Origin: an uncultured cyanobacterium
Lineage (GTDB): Bacteria > Cyanobacteriota > Cyanobacteriia > Cyanobacteriales > Nostocaceae
Direction of reading: 5' to 3'
Length of the DNA stretch: 64,000 bases
Assembly: GCA_963706595.1 (NCBI GenBank)
Contig: OY970166.1
Span: 5,184,001-5,248,000 of the forward strand
The position numbers and the translations under genes were made by a program. The notes under the pieces were generated by a model. That model was not told the DNA's origin and made no database searches. It saw only the letters and a list, made by a program, of their open reading frames with translations. Numbering within the stretch: position 1 is the first letter of the stretch; every line of letters starts with the position of its first letter. Positions 61,678 through 64,000 of this stretch are shown here, piece after piece.

Positions 61678-63276
61678 TTAAAACTTGATCTCGTTGCTGA
61701 GAGTTTTAAGTTGAGTACCGGGATAATAAAATTGCAGAATTTGGGAATTTGACCAACCGAGTTTAGCTAAATTTTGCGCCCCAGTTTGACTTAAGCCCAC
61801 TCCATGCCCCAATCCACCACCAATAAACGCATATCCCCACAAATCTGGTGTGCCTTTGTTGAGGGCTTCTATATAGAACAGCGTACTTCTAGGCGCTGCA
61901 AAAGCGCTACGAATTTCGTCTTTTTCTAAAGTAAAAGCGCCGATATCTGTCTTTACAGCCAGTTCCAGAATCCGACCACTTCTGCTGCGCTGGATCACAG
62001 ACATAGCCTCAACGGTGTTAAATTTCGCATAGGGACTATTTTTGATTTTCAGAAATCTTTGTAAAAGCTGGTTAATATCAGCAATGGGAGTTTCTCTGTT
62101 CCAACGAAAGGTATTCCAGGCACTTTCATTAAATCCTTCTTGCCGATTAATAAACTTGCGAAAGTTAGTTTCATCTGCTAGGCTCTTTTGAGATAAATCC
62201 CAAAAGTTAGTCGCAGCGTCTACTACAGGGCGTAAATAGGGACGATCTTCACCATTCCAAACATCGCTAAAGTAGGCAGTAACGCCGCCAGTAGTTGAAG
62301 AATAGAGGGCATCTACTAGCTGATTATTATAAGTTAAAACCAGACCTCTAGTTGCGGCGATCGCCTGATCTGTACGGGCTGCTGTGCCACTCCAACCATA
62401 ATAAACTTGACAGTGAGTATCAGCACACAACTGATAGTTATCAGTCTCAAACCTCCGCAAATTCCTTAAAGCATAAGTCCGGGCGATAATGGCTTGGGCT
62501 TCCACGGCTGTTGTGGGTGCAGTAGTGCCAATTTCGTGAGGTACAACCCCCCGCAAATAGCTTTCTAGAGGGACTTCGTTCACTAAAGTATATGTCCTAT
62601 AGGCATTAGGCTGTAAATTCATCCTTCCTGGATACAGACGATTATTTTCCAGCTTTTCGCCACTTTTAACGCGAATTAAGTTCTTATTTGTACTAATTTT
62701 TAACTCATTGGGGCTATAACGCTTACCATTGACTTCCCAACTAACTCGTGCCACTTCTTTCAAAATTTGCGTATCGATATACGCCATGTTCTTTCCAGAT
62801 GCCTGTACGCCCTGAAATAGCAAGCGTCGTAGCAAGGGAGTATTGTAAACATCCCGTTTTGCCCAAACTTGCCAGTTTCCTGGTTGGGCTATTTCTACCT
62901 TGATTCCCTGAGAACGCCAGTTTTCGGCGCTGTATTCCGCAGTTTCAAAGGTGCGGTATGTACCTAAAACCACTACCTCCGCCAGTTCAGCTTGAGGTAA
63001 AGCTTCCATGACTGTTTCTAGCTGGACGGGGTTTTGGGTGACTAAGGTTTTTTGCTGATTATCTGCTGTAAATTTTAGCTGTAAGCGATCGCCTGATGTG
63101 GGTTCGAGTTGCAACTTGACTTGGGGGTTCTCGCCAAATCGCTGTATAATCCCAACTCTCAGTTCTACATCCTGATTTTTACTATCAACAGCCGAAGCAC
63201 CTGTCAACCCCAACAAGCAAAATGTTGTCAGTACAGTGTAGGAAAAACGCCAGAACGTAGATTTCATAGTCATCAT
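61678..63276 (-). CDS. SpoIID/LytB-domain lytic transglycosylase-like protein
   Basis: LESYLRGVVPHE, AQAIIARTYA, CADTHCQVY, GHGVGLSQTGA, IL.FYYPG. Confidence 0.92.
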   Translation of the reverse strand: MMTMKSTFWRFSYTVLTTFCLLGLTGASAVDSKNQDVELRVGIIQRFGENPQVKLQLEPTSGDRLQLKFTADNQQKTLVTQNPVQLETVMEALPQAELAEVVVLGTYRTFETAEYSAENWRSQGIKVEIAQPGNWQVWAKRDVYNTPLLRRLLFQGVQASGKNMAYIDTQILKEVARVSWEVNGKRYSPNELKISTNKNLIRVKSGEKLENNRLYPGRMNLQPNAYRTYTLVNEVPLESYLRGVVPHEIGTTAPTTAVEAQAIIARTYALRNLRRFETDNYQLCADTHCQVYYGWSGTAARTDQAIAATRGLVLTYNNQLVDALYSSTTGGVTAYFSDVWNGEDRPYLRPVVDAATNFWDLSQKSLADETNFRKFINRQEGFNESAWNTFRWNRETPIADINQLLQRFLKIKNSPYAKFNTVEAMSVIQRSRSGRILELAVKTDIGAFTLEKDEIRSAFAAPRSTLFYIEALNKGTPDLWGYAFIGGGLGHGVGLSQTGAQNLAKLGWSNSQILQFYYPGTQLKTLSNEIKF

Positions 63277-63353
63277 CTGATTCTTACCAATTCAAAAATG
63301 CTAACAATTGCTCAGATTTATTTCTGTTTCAACCCAGAAGTATCGGCACTATG

Positions 63354-63460
63354 CTAGTACCGCACGGCATAAATAGGCATACCATTTTAAAAAGTCCAAA
63401 ATCCCAAAATACAAGCAGTACGGGCGGATGCAATCCGTCCCTTCCTCCTTGCGGTACTAG
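63354..63460. mobile_element. Small inverted-repeat element (MITE-like)
   Basis: Perfect 11-bp terminal IR CTAGTACCGCA...TGCGGTACTAG. Confidence 0.55.
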
Positions 63461-63539
63461 TCCATAAATTAACAGACACTTCCATGCAAAGAAAAGTTTG
63501 AGAATTTATGAGACGAATAATTTTTGGTATGTTCAAAAA

Positions 63540-63853
<314 letters not shown>

Positions 63854-64000
63854 AGTGAAGAAAGTAAATATTCCGCCTGGTAATGGGTGAGAATGTGACA
63901 AGCATACCTTTAGCGTCAAAATAATCAAGGTATTTGTCCCACTTTTTGAACTGGCTGAAATCTTTATGACTCCTCACGAAAGTGATCCAAAAGCAGCTGC

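Overview
A 64-kb core chromosomal segment from a heterocyst-forming (Nostocales-type) cyanobacterium, judged from abundant HIP1 (GCGATCGC) sites, STRR heptamer repeats and gene content. It contains the replication origin (dnaN-oriC-dnaA, with a cluster of TTTTCCACA-type DnaA boxes). Housekeeping clusters are dps/srx, pncB-nadD-nrtR-nadE (with an NrtR box over its promoter), sufR/sufBCDS (with two CAAC-N6-GTTG SufR operators), gcvTHP, dprA, def, map, bvdR and petF. Signalling genes are an AphC-like bilin photoreceptor kinase, a PAS/GAF hybrid kinase and a PhnD-like binding protein paired with a HAMP kinase. The accessory items most worth follow-up are: (1) an HMA2-DUF5132-HMA2 cluster resembling ferrosome accessory genes, with no ATPase and a Pho-box-like repeat upstream; (2) an LRR-ROC-COR protein with shuffled, HIP1-containing 69-bp repeats and a C-terminal membrane domain; (3) a tnpB-only IS200/IS605 element inserted silently at a host stop codon and itself carrying two in-frame 24-nt repeat insertions; (4) an orphan double-glycine leader peptide flanked by inverted MITEs; (5) several miniature inverted-repeat families, some carrying STRR arrays. 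No rRNA, tRNA or CRISPR array was seen. All calls come from reading the sequence and recalling family motifs; no database search was run.
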